A DNA stretch of 63,948 nucleotides, filler included, from Octopus bimaculoides (lineage: Eukaryota), in the NCBI RefSeq assembly GCF_001194135.2. It is 5 parts of 5 records of this genome, joined end to end, with 100 filler letters (N's around TTAATTAATTAA, not from the genome) between each part and the next. Parts side by side here need not be neighbours in the genome. Positions count along the whole stretch, not along the records: positions 1 to 18,279 come from NC_068983.1; 4 more parts are not named here. The stretch is one strand, 5' to 3'. The stretch's first letter is position 1, and every line of letters starts with the position of its first letter. A program made the translations under genes and the position numbers. Shown piece by piece: positions 1 to 12,540 of the stretch. The notes under the pieces are model-generated. The model was not told the origin of the DNA and did no database searches. It was given only the letters and a program-made list of their open reading frames with translations.

Positions 1-57
<57 letters not shown>
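1..57. repeat. (AC)n microsatellite
   Basis: Pure CA dinucleotide run at the window start. Confidence 0.98.
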
Positions 58-59
<2 letters not shown>

Positions 60-1179
60 TGTCTAATTTTATTATAATGTGTATTGCACAGGAGAACAAT
101 TAAATATAAACTGCTGAATAAATGCTGGTAGGAGATTAAAGTTGAAAAGATAAGAGATCGAAATCGAAAATGATAATCACTAATTTGGCACGAGAACTCG
201 AGATGTGTTGGTTGCTGATATGAAAAATTCCTTCTCATTTCTAGCTGTAGCCAGCGAAGGAAAACTTGGTGTTGTTTGTTGAGCGATGTATCGGTTTTCT
301 GGTGATACTCACATATCTCTGGCGTTGATCTGGCTTGCCTGCTGTGAGAGGGGTTACGTTTGTTCTCTGCTATCTCTCTAACCTGTGACATTTTTCTGGT
401 TGGCTTAGCAAGAGGGGAGAGTTCTCCGCAGGTGTCTCAAACCTCTGCAAAGTGCTCTAACACTGAAAAAAAATGTGAAGATGTCAAAGTTATTTTATAA
501 TGTTCCATCATGTGGCATGCAAGCTGGTCGACCGATAATTGGGGCAATGCATGATATGCGAGTGATTAACATATATTGAATGGTAAGTAAGGTGTATAGT
601 ATGTTGTGGAGGCAAGATAGTATGGAGAAATTTTATTCATTATATGTATGGAAATGCAAATTCTCAGAATTTATGCATGCATGAAAAAAATTATAATAAC
701 GTGTGTATGTATAGGTGTGTCATCTTCAAGCTAAAAGTTAAAAAGAATGTAGTTATGTTGTTGAACCAGATCTGTGACCTGAAAATAGCACACCTAAATA
801 TACATAGCTAAATAGAAAGCGCTACATGTATGAAAACTTTTTAACAATTAGTACATCACCAAATTTAATCAATAAAATTTCCCATTGCATTTTGTGAACA
901 TAACCTACATTACTCTATGGTTTAAATTTTAGATTCGGAAAACAAAGTTATTATTCGGAAAACAAAGTTATTATTTTAATAAAGCCAACAACAATCAAAC
1001 CAAAGATTGATGGTATGTCAGTAAGATAACAGGAATATAATAAGAAATACCAGTCTGGAAACAAATAAGCTGCGAAACATACCCATTACAGAATTTAAAT
1101 AGAAAAATAAAAGTCATTGATGAAGATGAATTAATATTACCAAAGGGAGCAAAAATACATAGGGTGAATGAAAACAAAG

Positions 1180-1800
1180 AAGAACTTAATTTCTCGAAAG
1201 GTAGATAGCTGTAGCAGGCTTAGACACCTGCTACTGAATCAAGAAGCTGGTGTAGACTACTCAAAATCTCATCTGTAGCTGCGGAGTTGAGAGGTGACAA
1301 AGGAAGAAAGATGAATTAATTCTTTCAATCTAACGTTCTCAAAAATGTGCAGTCCCGAAATTTAGACCCTGTGATGTTCAACCCTACCTAGACACGACTG
1401 AACTGGCCAACACATTTATTGGACTTTGTAGAAAAGCCACGACGCTGAGCATGTGAGAAGCTGGTGTGAGCACTAATCACTAATGGGACGTAATGGGATT
1501 ACCATCCTGCGGGAGTTTGCTTCATATAAGTATCGCCAACCTTCTTGATATTCTTCTTAAGGACATCACAAACAGTAACCCGTCTTCTCATATATATATA
1601 TATATATAAATATGCCAATACCATACCCTCTAACAGAAACTTACCTGTGAACGAATATGGAAAACACATCAAGAATAAACATATTTAAACTGAAATAAGC
1701 AGGACATGATCCCCGAAGACAAAATAAAGGCAAAATAAATAGTAATTGGAGTACTAGGGGTCATGAAAATGATCGGTGGGTTCGTTGAGAAAACTCTGCA
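1180..1800 (+). mobile_element. Highly degenerate R4/Dong-like non-LTR retrotransposon remnant (post-RT, RHD and RLE region)
   Basis: Manual translation across stops and frameshifts gives 'EAGVDYSKSHL*LRS', 'RHD*TGQHIYWTL', 'WCEH..ITILREF', 'IANLLDILLKD', 'TEISRT*SPKTK' and 'VIGVLGVMK'. These are colinear with the RHD..W..H..LWD..ANRPDIV..EI.RMW.LK..IGALG motifs of the copy at 5391-7697. Confidence 0.6.
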
Positions 1801-1879
1801 TATATGTAACATATATAAGATACATTCGATAAGCCTGTTTTTCTACCTATTTCTTTTAGTTTATTTTATACAGGTAGAA

Positions 1880-2035
1880 GCGTTACTCTTTGGTAACTTT
1901 TATTTACCAAACACACAGGTCTGGGTTAAGTCGTACCGCATGACATGTTGAACAGAAGTTTTCTATTGTAGCGACAATCCAACGAAAACTTTGTGAGCAG
2001 TTTTGGTAGACAGAAACTGAAAGAAGCCTGATATA
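1880..2035 (+). mobile_element. Degenerate tRNA-derived SINE family 1, 5' half
   Basis: Aligns by eye to the 41615 copy (…tttggtagacagaaactgaaagaagcc). Confidence 0.7.
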
Positions 2036-3934
2036 CACACTCACGCATATATAAGTACATGTAAGTGTAATTATATGTATATTTGTATGTATGTATGTGT
2101 AGAAGTCCATGTATTAATATATTAGTATAATTAGATATGTATATGTTTAAAACTACAAATACCAGCAGGCCGGGAAGCTATATTGAACAATTGCATCACT
2201 GTATTTTGCCAGCCAATGCTCACATATTGTTGCTGGTCTTGTTCCTGTTAATTGGCCGTCACCAAATGAAAAATAGTAATGACAATATAACGACAATTCT
2301 TGAAATAAATACATTCACACACAAACACGCAGTCACATATACGCACAAACACAAACACACCGCAAACATATATACACACATACAGATATACAGACAGTAC
2401 TCATACACACGCATATATATATATATATANNNNNNNNNNNNNNNNNNNNNNNNNNNNNNNNNNNNNNNNNNNNNNNNNNNNNNNNNNNNNNNNNNNNNNN
2501 NNNNNNNNNNNNNNNNNNNNNNNNNNNNNNNNNNNNNNNNNNNNNNNNNNNNNNAGAACAGCATTTTGGAAAAGTTGTAGCGTGTCAAAAAATAGTAATT
2601 GTATATATTTATTATGGAAGCAATTTGGTTTGACAACACAAGTGAAGTGTAGATAATTTTCCATTTTCCGAAGCACTACAGTGGAATCAAAAGGAACACA
2701 AGCAGATAAAGAGACATCAGCGTTAAAATATATACAGGAGAGTTCTGAAAAACTTTTTTTTTTATATTCGGTGAAAGCCATTCGGGGATGGTGTCATTTT
2801 TGGTCACTCCAAAATTGATATATGAATTTAACCTCGATAACATCGTAAAGTACTTGGTTTTACATTCCTCGTAGCGATTTTGTTGGTGTTGGAAATAAAT
2901 ATCAGCATCGTAGTTCGCATAAAGGATACAGGTATAGTTGTGGAATGGCAAAACATTTATACTTAACAGCCCCTGTCATTAAATCAAATTCCACTAACTC
3001 CAGCATGACCAGAGTTTTCAGTACCATTTTATCGATGCCTTTTCACGCGAAAAAAAAAAAAAAAGGCACACACACACAGAGGAAAATGAACGTGATTAAT
3101 TTTTTTCAAGTTAAGTTCAATTACGAACCACAACAATAATAATCATTCAGCGTTCTGTTTGGCCATACATTTCTGATAATAAATATACATGTGATCCAGC
3201 AAACTTGCTCTTTACTTGCTAATCTAGGTGTGAATGTGTTTTTTTTTCTTTTCTAGAATTCTTTTCCTTTCCCTAAGGTAGTTTTCCAGTGTGATGGAAA
3301 AAATAAGAAGTAAATCATTGAAGATATTTTTTGTACATTTATCTTTCGCTCTATATAGCGAAACAAAAACTAAAACAAATTTTATTTCGTAAAAATAGAA
3401 TGGAAATCTATCAGCCTTTGATTGATTTTTCAGTAGAAGTTTCAAAAAAGTAAATTACAAACAAAACAACAAAAACAAATCGATACCATTTCTAAGATAA
3501 ATTAATACTATAAAATATTTCACTAGAAATCAATAAACAGCTTGTTTGCAAGATCGATAGTAATCGAATTACATTATCATTCAAACCACAAAAACATATC
3601 TAAATAACTACTGTATCATCTTGTCGAAAATTACAGCAGTATTCTAGTCAGTTATTTCAGTATTGGGAAACAGGTTTTACACATATGTATTTGTAAAGCC
3701 ATCACCTTCAGTTCATCTTCCAGTTTCATAATTTATAGAATTAAAAGAACACTACAAGGAACATTTTACAAGTAAAGCTACTGACGGTTTTCGTCAGGAG
3801 AGACTAGGTTAATTTTCCCATAGCGATCATATTTTTGGTAAAATATATTATGATTTTATTCCATATATCTCACAAATATCTTCGTTCATTAGATAGTTTG
3901 AAATATCCTAACAGTGACACGAAATAATCATAAT

Positions 3935-4150
3935 TTCATAGTTCCAAATTTTGGTCCAAGGACAGGAAATTTGGGGATGGGTTAAGTACATTACACCGAC
4001 CCCAGTCCTCAAAAGGAATTATATTATCGATCACGAAATGATGCATGGGAAATTCGACTTCAGCTGAATTTGAATTCAGACCGTAAAAGCAGACGAAATA
4101 CTTCTGAGCATGTTGCCAGATGTCTAAACGATCCAGCCAGCTCACCGCTT
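3935..4150 (-). mobile_element. tRNA-derived SINE family 2 (tail type B), degenerate
   Basis: ccaaattttggtccaagg…aatttgaattcagaccgtaaaagcagacgaaatac…ccagctcaccgc matches the other family-2 copies. Confidence 0.8.
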
Positions 4151-4798
4151 TATTTAATCTACTATATTGCATAAAATTATGGACTATTTGGGTAAAAGAC
4201 AACCTAAAAGATTTGAAAAAAAAAAATAAGGAAAATTAAAAGGAAGGTATGGATGCTTTTGAAACGAATTCTTAGTTGAAAGTGAAGTACAATGATCACA
4301 TAGAAAAAGTGATGAAGAAGTTGTTCATACTTTTTGACATATGAAAGAGTCTAATTTACGAAAGAGGTCTTTAAGAAACTGGAACATTCATTTCTGGATG
4401 ATATTAGTATGCAATAAAACATTTAAATATGAGAACTGAAATCATATCGCATTGTTTCTTTGCTTATTTTTGACCAAAATTGTAAGAACATCACACACAT
4501 GATGATAATTTGATATTATGTTTAGACAGATAAGAGATTACAAAACGAGCATTAATTAAAACGGATGATGCGATGTAAATATTTTCCTTTGCCAGGTATA
4601 CTATATTATATAGGTATTCTAAATAATGGTTCAACATCGATGTTACATTGCATTTGAATACAAAATCATTCAGTTTAGGACGAATTTGAACGGATTCATT
4701 GATCTCAATGGATTTGCGTGTTGCCCTCAAATCTGCTGCAGTAGGAAGCCAGTGCTTAACTTCAGTAAGAATGTGACATGCCAGCATTTGCTTCACGA

Positions 4799-4865
<67 letters not shown>
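4799..4865. repeat. (ATT/TAA)n microsatellite flanking the Dong-like stack
   Basis: Pure tta run; further runs at 5318-5390 and ~8919-8953. Confidence 0.95.
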
Positions 4866-5201
4866 NNNNNNNNNNNNNNNNNNNNNNNNNNNNNNNNNNN
4901 NNNNNNNNNNNNNNNNNNNNNNNNNNNNNNNNNNNNNNNNNNNNNNNNNNNNNNNNNNNNNNNNNNNNNNNNNNNNNNNNNNNNNNNNNNNNNNNNNNNN
5001 NNNNNNNNNNNNNNNNNNNNNNNNNNNNNNNNNNNNNNNNNNNNNNNNNNNNNNNNNNNNNNNNNNNNNNNNNNNNNNNNNNNNNNNNNNNNNNNNNNNN
5101 NNNNNNNNNNNNNNNNNNNNNNNNNNNNNNNNNNNNNNNNNNNNNNNNNNNNNNNNNNNNNNNNNNNNNNNNNNNNNNNNNNNNNNNNNNNNNNNNNNNN
5201 N

Positions 5202-5313
5202 ATGTATTTGTCTGAATATTTTTTTTATTATACCTAAGGCACCTACTATGATAGGAATTGTTTCTGTTTTTAGATTCCACATTCGAGTTACCTCTATTTC
5301 CAGGTCTTTGTAT

Positions 5314-5317
<4 letters not shown>
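5202..5317 (-). mobile_element. 5'-truncated R4/Dong-like LINE fragment (RLE C-terminus)
   Basis: Encodes KYKDLEIEVTRMWNLKTETIPIIVGALGIIKK, begins directly after (TAA)n and runs into a gap. It differs at 1 position in 116 bp from 8718-8833. Confidence 0.88.
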
Positions 5318-5390
<73 letters not shown>

Positions 5391-5391
<1 letters not shown>

Positions 5392-7697
5392 TTCATTATA
5401 CAGTGATTTTACTTTCATCACGTGCTTTCACTGCACTACCAGAGCGCAGCTCTGTGTGCCTGTGTGCCTGTGTGCCTTGAGTATGTGCTGTTCTTTCTTG
5501 TGTTGTTCTTGTTTTTACTGTACTAAAAGTGTTTTACGTAGGATATGTGAGGTACTTAGTAGTGCTAGTTTCTCTATGTTATACACACTTGTTAGTTCTG
5601 GTGATTTTGTTATGTATTTCTCTCCGTATTTTGTTATCACACCTAGAGCGCCTACTGTGATAGGAGTTGTTTCTGCTTTTTAGCTCCACATTCGAGTTAC
5701 CTCTATTTCCACATCCCTATATTTTGTAAGTTTCTCTGGGTTTTTTTTCAGAGATACATTGTCATCTGTTCCTTTTGATACATCGATTAGAGGGCATTTT
5801 CTTTACTTGACGATCGCTGACAACTATATCCGGTTTATTGGCCTTAATTTCTCTATTCGTGTGTATTGGCATATCCCACGACGTGGTTGCATTCTCATTT
5901 GCTCTGACATTTTCTGGCGTGTACATATTCTATCTTGTTTCTTTTGTTATTCCAGAATGTTGGCATAGCTTCCAGTGTATATAGAACCCAACAATATCGT
6001 GTCTGTAAATATATTCCTTCTTATCCAGGACTAGGCAGCCAGAGACAATATAATTTATTGGTTTTTCTCCATCTCCACATATTCTGGGGGTATTGTATTT
6101 CTTTTCATTGAAGGTGTTTGGAAATTTCTTGTGGGAAGGCTTCGATATTGTAGTGCAATTAAAAAATCCTTCAGTCTCAGCTTCTCAGCCATTTTTTTGT
6201 TATTTTGCTTTGTCTCTTTCTTTTCTGTTTAGTTTAACAGTATTTGTCATGAAGGCACTTTTCTTGCCGTTGTTTGCAGTCATTTCGTCATGATCCGTTG
6301 CTGTTCCAGTTTTAGTTTGGAATTCAGTTGTCTTTTTACAGCTTTCGTTGATTCTTCCGTTATTTCATACTTGTTAGGTACTATTTCTTTTTTGTACTTA
6401 TTTACTTCCTTAAAGAATGAAAACATTTTTTTTGTTTTGTTTGTATTAGTTTTACATGAAGTAGGTATTTCTGTAGTCCTATGGTATTTATCTTGTAATA
6501 GTTTTCTATCTGTATAAGGCTTCTACCACATTCGATACGTTGTATATATAACCTTTCTATTTCAGATTTTGTGAGGTGCATTCTAAATCCTGTTATTATC
6601 CTTGTTTTCCTGTCTATTTTGATTAGTTCATTTAAAGTCCAGTTAAGAATATTATGGCTGCAACATATAACTGGGACGGCTAGAGTGTTGATTCCTATTA
6701 TCTTGTTTTGGCACTTAGCTCTATTTTCAGTATTAATCTAACTCGTCTATAGTATTCTTTTTTATATTCTTTTTCAGTTGAGTGTGTTGTATCGCATCTA
6801 GTTCATTGATTGTTAAGTGTTTGTATGTCTGGTCTTTGTCTAATTCTTTTATTTCATTTGCATTATCTACTGTGATGTTGCTACTCTTAATTAGCTTTCT
6901 TCTTTTCAAAGATGCTTTGGCACATTTTTCTAAGCTAAATTTCATATTTCTTTCTTTCGTAAATCCATGGAAAGTCTGCTGTAATATTTCCAGCTGTTTA
7001 TTATTTGTAGCGTACAGTTTTAGATCATTCATATATAAGAGGTGGCTGATTGTTTTGCCGTAACGGTTGAATCCACATCTAGTTCTGTTTAGCATATCGG
7101 ATGTGTCAGTGCCAAGTAGAAAAGGAGTGAAGAGAGAGTGTCTTCCTGGAATATTCCTCTGCTAATGGGGATGAATTTCGTTTTTCGGAGCTGTAGCACT
7201 GTCTGCTATTTATTCACGGAATGTGTTAGATATTTTATGATTATTGGTACTACATTGTTCATAGATAATGTTTTTAGGATCCATGTGCGGGGCATACTAT
7301 CAAAAGCCTTTCGGTAATCTTTCTAGGCCATATTTAGACTCTTCTTTCTGCGTCTATCTTCATTTATGGCTTTATTTATCAGTAGCTGATCGTTACAGCA
7401 GTATGAGCCCTTGCAGCATCCCTTCTGCTCTTGTGGAAACAGGTTATTTTCTCACAGATGTTTGCTTATTTTCTGCGGTAAAGGCTTTGGATTTTGTTAG
7501 AAGACAAATTAGCGGTCTGCCACTTCGGTGGATCTGCCGTTTCGGTGGATCTGTGATTTAGGATAGTTTCCTTTCTGTGAGCCAGTCAAGCGTTATCTCC
7601 GGCTCTGCTAATATTTCATTAAATTTCTCAGCCAGCTTTTTATGCGCTACTGTTAAGTATTTTAACCAGAATTTCGGGATCGTTGGTCTGGGTGTCT
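5391..7697 (-). mobile_element. R4/Dong-clade non-LTR retrotransposon remnant (RT, zinc-knuckle region, RLE, 3' UTR), frameshifted
   Basis: Minus-strand motifs in order: IPKFWLKYLT, EQKGCCKGSYCCNDQLLI, DYRKAFDSMP, RGIFQEDTLS, HLLYMNDLKLY (YMDD decayed), FSLEKCAK, IVSGC..EYIYRHD, ANKPDIVV, then the 3' UTR followed by (TAA)n. The 5' part is lost in a gap. Confidence 0.9.
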
Positions 7698-8692
7698 NNN
7701 NNNNNNNNNNNNNNNNNNNNNNNNNNNNNNNNNNNNNNNNNNNNNNNNNNNNNNNNNNNNNNNNNNNNNNNNNNNNNNNNNNNNNNNNNNNNNNNNNNNN
7801 NNNNNNNNNNNNNNNNNNNNNNNNNNNNNNNNNNNNNNNNNNNNNNNNNNNNNNNNNNNNNNNNNNNNNNNNNNNNNNNNNNNNNNNNNNNNNNNNNNNN
7901 NNNNNNNNNNNNNNNNNNNNNNNNNNNNNNNNNNNNNNNNNNNNNNNNNNNNNNNNNNNNNNNNNNNNNNNNNNNNNNNNNNNNNNNNNNNNNNNNNNNN
8001 NNNNNNNNNNNNNNNNNNNNNNNNNNNNNNNNNNNNNNNNNNNNNNNNNNNNNNNNNNNNNNNNNNNNNNNNNNNNNNNNNNNNNNNNNNNNNNNNNNNN
8101 NNNNNNNNNNNNNNNNNNNNNNNNNNNNNNNNNNNNNNNNNNNNNNNNNNNNNNNNNNNNNNNNNNNNNNNNNNNNNNNNNNNNNNNNNNNNNNNNNNNN
8201 NNNNNNNNNNNNNNNNNNNNNNNNNNNNNNNNNNNNNNNNNNNNNNNNNNNNNNNNNNNNNNNNNNNNNNNNNNNNNNNNNNNNNNNNNNNNNNNNNNNN
8301 NNNNNNNNNNNNNNNNNNNNNNNNNNNNNNNNNNNNNNNNNNNNNNNNNNNNNNNNNNNNNNNNNNNNNNNNNNNNNNNNNNNNNNNNNNNNNNNNNNNN
8401 NNNNNNNNNNNNNNNNNNNNNNNNNNNNNNNNNNNNNNNNNNNNNNNNNNNNNNNNNNNNNNNNNNNNNNNNNNNNNNNNNNNNNNNNNNNNNNNNNNNN
8501 NNNNNNNNNNNNNNNNNNNNNNNNNNNNNNNNNNNNNNNNNNNNNNNNNNNNNNNNNNNNNNNNNNNNNNNNNNNNNNNNNNNNNNNNNNNNNNNNNNNN
8601 NNNNNNNNNNNNNNNNNNNNNNNNNNNNNNNNNNNNNNNNNNNNNNNNNNNNNNNNNNNNNNNNNNNNNNNNNNNNNNNNNNNNNNNNNNNN

Positions 8693-8915
8693 ATTTGTAA
8701 GTCCTGGTGTTTTTATTATGTATTTGTCTGAATATTTTTTTTATTATACCTAAGGCACCTACTATGATAGGAATTGTTTCTGTTTTTAGATTCCACATTC
8801 GAGTTATCTCTATTTCCAGGTCTTTGTATTTTGAAAGTTTTTCCATCTCTTTTAGATAAACGTTGTCATCTGTTGGTATTGATACATCAAATAGAAAGCA
8901 TTAAAATTTTTTTTT
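8693..8915 (-). mobile_element. 5'-truncated R4/Dong-like LINE fragment (RLE)
   Basis: CFLFDVSIPTDDNVYLKEMEKLSKYKDLEIEITRMWNLKTETIPIIVGALG, preceded by (TAA)n. Confidence 0.88.
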
Positions 8916-8964
8916 TAAATATTATTATTATTATTATTATCATTATTATTATTGCTTGAATATA

Positions 8965-9455
8965 TTAATTTATCGACCCCGAAAAGGTCGATAAAATAAG
9001 TACCAATCCATCACTATAGTCAATGTAGTCGAGTTAACCCGTCTGCCAAGATTGTTGGCCTTTTGTCAAAATTCGAAACTATTATTATTATTGTTGCTGA
9101 TCTTAACTCCTAAAGTAGCCAGTTAGAAATAATCGTTAGAGTGTCGAAAGATTTGCTTCACGGTAGCCTTGAAGATCGATATAATAATGTACCAGTGATG
9201 CATTATGCTTGATTGCTGGATTAGATGCAAAACAGAAACCATTATTTGGTTCGTGTTCTGGCTGTTAATGTATCAAGTTGGCAAGTAAGTAGGGGCATTG
9301 ACAAATGTTTAGTAGTCTTAACTGTGATTCTTTATATTTTGGGTTCAAATTTCACCGTGTTCAACACTGTGGTTTATCATTTCCGGGTCGATACCACAAC
9401 CCCACTGCAAAATTGATTTGCTTGCCGTGGGTCTAAATAAGAAACCATTATCATT
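8965..9455 (+). mobile_element. Two degenerate SINE family 2 fragments
   Basis: ggtcgataaaataagtacc…caaaattcgaaactattatt (8965-9095) and gggttcaaatttcacc…aaaccattatc (9275-9455). Confidence 0.65.
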
Positions 9456-10353
9456 TTAGTTATTAGTTCTGTTCATGATGATCGTTGCTAATTAATTCTT
9501 CTCCGTCTAAATGTACTTATTCCAGAAATACATAGCAAATTAAATCTGCGTCAAAAGAATTAAAGGAAGAATATTGCTAAACTTTTGTCATTCATTTGTC
9601 TAAGGAAAACCTTAAATATGATTTTACATAGCAATGCATGTCTTAAGGCTTACAAGCAGAAGCAATGAAACAGCGATTTAATTTGTTGATTTAGGATATA
9701 AAACGTACTTCAAAACCATCGAAGAGACACGGTTGAAATTTCATTTCATTGCACTTAAATTATAAAGTGGTTATTCGGCAACGGTTTAAGCAAACACCTG
9801 CGTTTCATTTTTGCCTTTAATTAAGTATATACAAAGAACACTTAGTAATGTTGCATTCCGTTGCTAATAAAGAAATACTTTGTCATTTTAAAATATTTGT
9901 ATCATGACAACAAGAATATGATTGTTGATGATTAACGTTAGATTTTGTCATTCACTCAGCTATTGAAGATGTCTTCTTTCAATATTTGACAGAAATATAA
10001 AAACTGTAAATATCGCAGTTTTATCAGTTTTACCCTTTCTACCAGATGGTGGATTGGTTTTTATATACTACGTTTTCGCAAAGACTTCACAAATGTGCTT
10101 TAAATCTGCCAAGATTGAAAGACTTCCAAAATAAATAAGAAAGCTTAAATTTTAAAATAAATCTAGAATATATTACCATAAAATGAATTCATTAACTTTT
10201 CGAAAATTGGATGAAATACGATATGATGCAGTATTTTGCGATATTTTTGAAGCGATTAAAATGTCTCTAAGATTGTTCAAATATTTGTAATACAGGCATT
10301 TCAGAGATAGAATCAAAACATTTATTTTCATCTAAAGTATTCCTGTTTGGTAC

Positions 10354-10630
10354 TGTTGTGAGGACGCCCCCAGGCGATAAGTAGGCTAGTCCAATACGAA
10401 CGTATAAATAGCTAGACGAAAGGCGTCGAGCAGAGCGCAAGCGCGGGAGAGTGGGAGAGCGAGACGAAGCCTTCGGTAGACTAGACGTCGAGCGCCGTAG
10501 AGTCGAGTCGTCGGAAGTGAGAGTTGAGTAGAGGTCATCCGCACGTGCGATATAACAAGTACATATTAATATTATCAAAAAATGTAATTGTTGGTGATAT
10601 TATTGCGAATCTCGTTCATTTTGTACAACA
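10354..10630 (+). mobile_element. Probable solo LTR (Ty3/Gypsy-like), 277 bp
   Basis: Begins TGTTGT and ends ACAACA (6-bp terminal inverted repeat, TG..CA rule). CCAAT at 10391 and TATAAATA at 10403, with a GC/CpG-rich body in AT-rich flanks. No PBS, PPT or matching TSD seen. Confidence 0.7.
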
Positions 10631-12174
10631 CATAATCGTGTGAATTGATTCTAATTACTTTATGAGTAAGGAAATTGTCATGATATAAGAGATGCTTACA
10701 TTGCATTCTATGTTTTAAGAAAAGTTACTGCAGTGTTCCTCAAACATGTCTCTTAGAATAGTAGTGGGCTGAAAAAGAACCATCAGCAAATTCATATTAG
10801 AAAGACTGGGAAACTCATACAACTACGAAAGATGTAGTATAGGAAATTGAAACTTGCTCTGGTCGACAAATAATTTTATTTCTAGTAAAGTACTGCAATC
10901 ATCATCTGCTGTTTAGTCATTCAAGTCAAAATAGAATCAGAGCTAATAATATTTCTCACCGAAACATTCTCTTTTATATTAAGAGTTATTTTCTAAATTT
11001 CACTATTTAAAAAAGTAAATTAAATAGATTATTGATGTATTGTTGATTTATTGAAAAACAAAACCATATTGAACTGACATGAGATAATCATGTCTTAAAA
11101 GACAGAGAGGAATTTACGCCTATGCTGAAATATACGCATTGAGAATACTGAATTAATGAGGAAACAACGTGGTTTATTTTCGTTTGAAGTACTTATCTTC
11201 ATTGAGTGTAATTAGTTACCCAATACTTCTTTTATTGTATTAAATGCTAAAAAAAAAGAGCTTAGTTTAACTGATTGGCAATTGTGCTGAAATAAGTGCT
11301 TACACCTCACTTCCTCAGGATGTTGCTATCACAGCAGCCACTTCTAAGAGAATAATTCTTTCAACCATTTTTTATTCAACGTTATAAATGTTTATGCAGT
11401 GAAGTAAAGGAAAACGTTTTTAAAGTTTTTATTGGATTCACAATAAAAATCTATTCTAAACGCTGTGAGAAATTGTTAGCTACATATCCTATACATAGAA
11501 TGTATATATATNNNNNNNNNNNNNNNNNNNNNNNNNNNNNNNNNNNNNNNNNNNNNNNNNNNNNNNNNNNNNNNNNNNNNNNNNNNNNNNNNNNNNNNNN
11601 NNNNNNNNNNNNNNNNNNNNNNNNNNNNNNNNNNNNNNNNNNNNNNNNNNNNNNNNNNNNNNNNNNNNNNNNNNNNNNNNNNNNNNNNNNNNNNNNNNNN
11701 NNNNNNNNNNNNNNNNNNNNNNNNNNTATATATATATATATATATATATATATTCATGCATGCATGCATGTATGTATATGTATGTATATGCATGCATGCA
11801 TTGAACGCATGCATTGCACGCATGCATGCATTTGTATAGATGTAAGTTCTTTTTCGCTGGTTGCTTATACATGTATGCTTGTTTAAATATACGTAGATAT
11901 GTAGTTAACATGAACGTTTACATAATTTAATGGAGTATTATTAATCAGTTTAAGGAAAATCGAATTCATAGAAGAATATAAGCACGGAATATATTTTGGT
12001 GTATTACAAGAATACACATTCCGCCAAGACACAAACAATATCTGAGAGCGTATTCATGTTTCTATTCTATTCAATGTTCTCCGTATTTACTATTAAAATT
12101 GTTGTGTTCGCTTCCCTGTTTTTAACCATTTAAACCATATTTTCCTTGTCTTGGAATTACGAAGTGCCTTTCAA

Positions 12175-12335
12175 AGCCGGCTGTGTGGTAACGGGATTGC
12201 TTCCAAATAACATGGTTCCAAGTTCAGTCCCACTAAGTAGCACCGTGGGCAAGTGTCTTCTTCTATAGCCTCAGCTCGACCATAGCTTTCTGAGTGAATT
12301 TGCTAGTCGGACAATGAAAGTAGCCGTCAAATATA
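12175..12335 (+). mobile_element. SINE family 1, 5' half, degenerate
   Basis: ggctgtgtggtaa…gttcagtcccact…gggcaagtgtcttc. Confidence 0.8.
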
Positions 12336-12339
12336 TAGT

Positions 12340-12540
12340 TGGAATTTACAAAAAAAAAAAAAGAAAAGCAAAACAAAAGACGGGTGTGTAAACGCCAAAT
12401 AGATGTATTAGTTTAACGCTCGGTAAATGAGAAAGTCTTTTACGTTTATAGCCTAAGCTCTTCAACAGAAAGGAACCCACAAATAAGCAGAGAGAGAAAA
12501 TAAAACAGGTTTAGTGGCTAGCGATCAATTATGGCGTCAA
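12340..12540 (-). mobile_element. Penelope-like terminal-repeat fragment with decayed hammerhead-like motif
   Basis: The minus strand of 12436-12472 reads CCTTT CTGTTGA A GAGC TTAG GCTA TAAAC GTA AAAGA, homologous to 46847-46880. Confidence 0.55.

Noticed and set aside
1-391. Minus-strand frame open from 391 to the window edge (MSQVREIAENKR…)
   Set aside because: No recognisable domain, and it runs into a (TG)n repeat; likely chance.
933-972. 20-bp tandem duplication attcggaaaacaaagttatt x2
   Set aside because: Ordinary slippage duplication with no associated element.
1211-1234. Perfect 8-bp hairpin GTAGCAGG/CCTGCTAC
   Set aside because: Lies within the decayed LINE remnant, with no ribozyme or terminator context.
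4491-4800. Unique-looking frame next to the TAA repeat (IVKQMLACHILTEVKHW…)
   Set aside because: No recognisable homology or splice signals; part of an ORF that is open only because of repeats and Ns.
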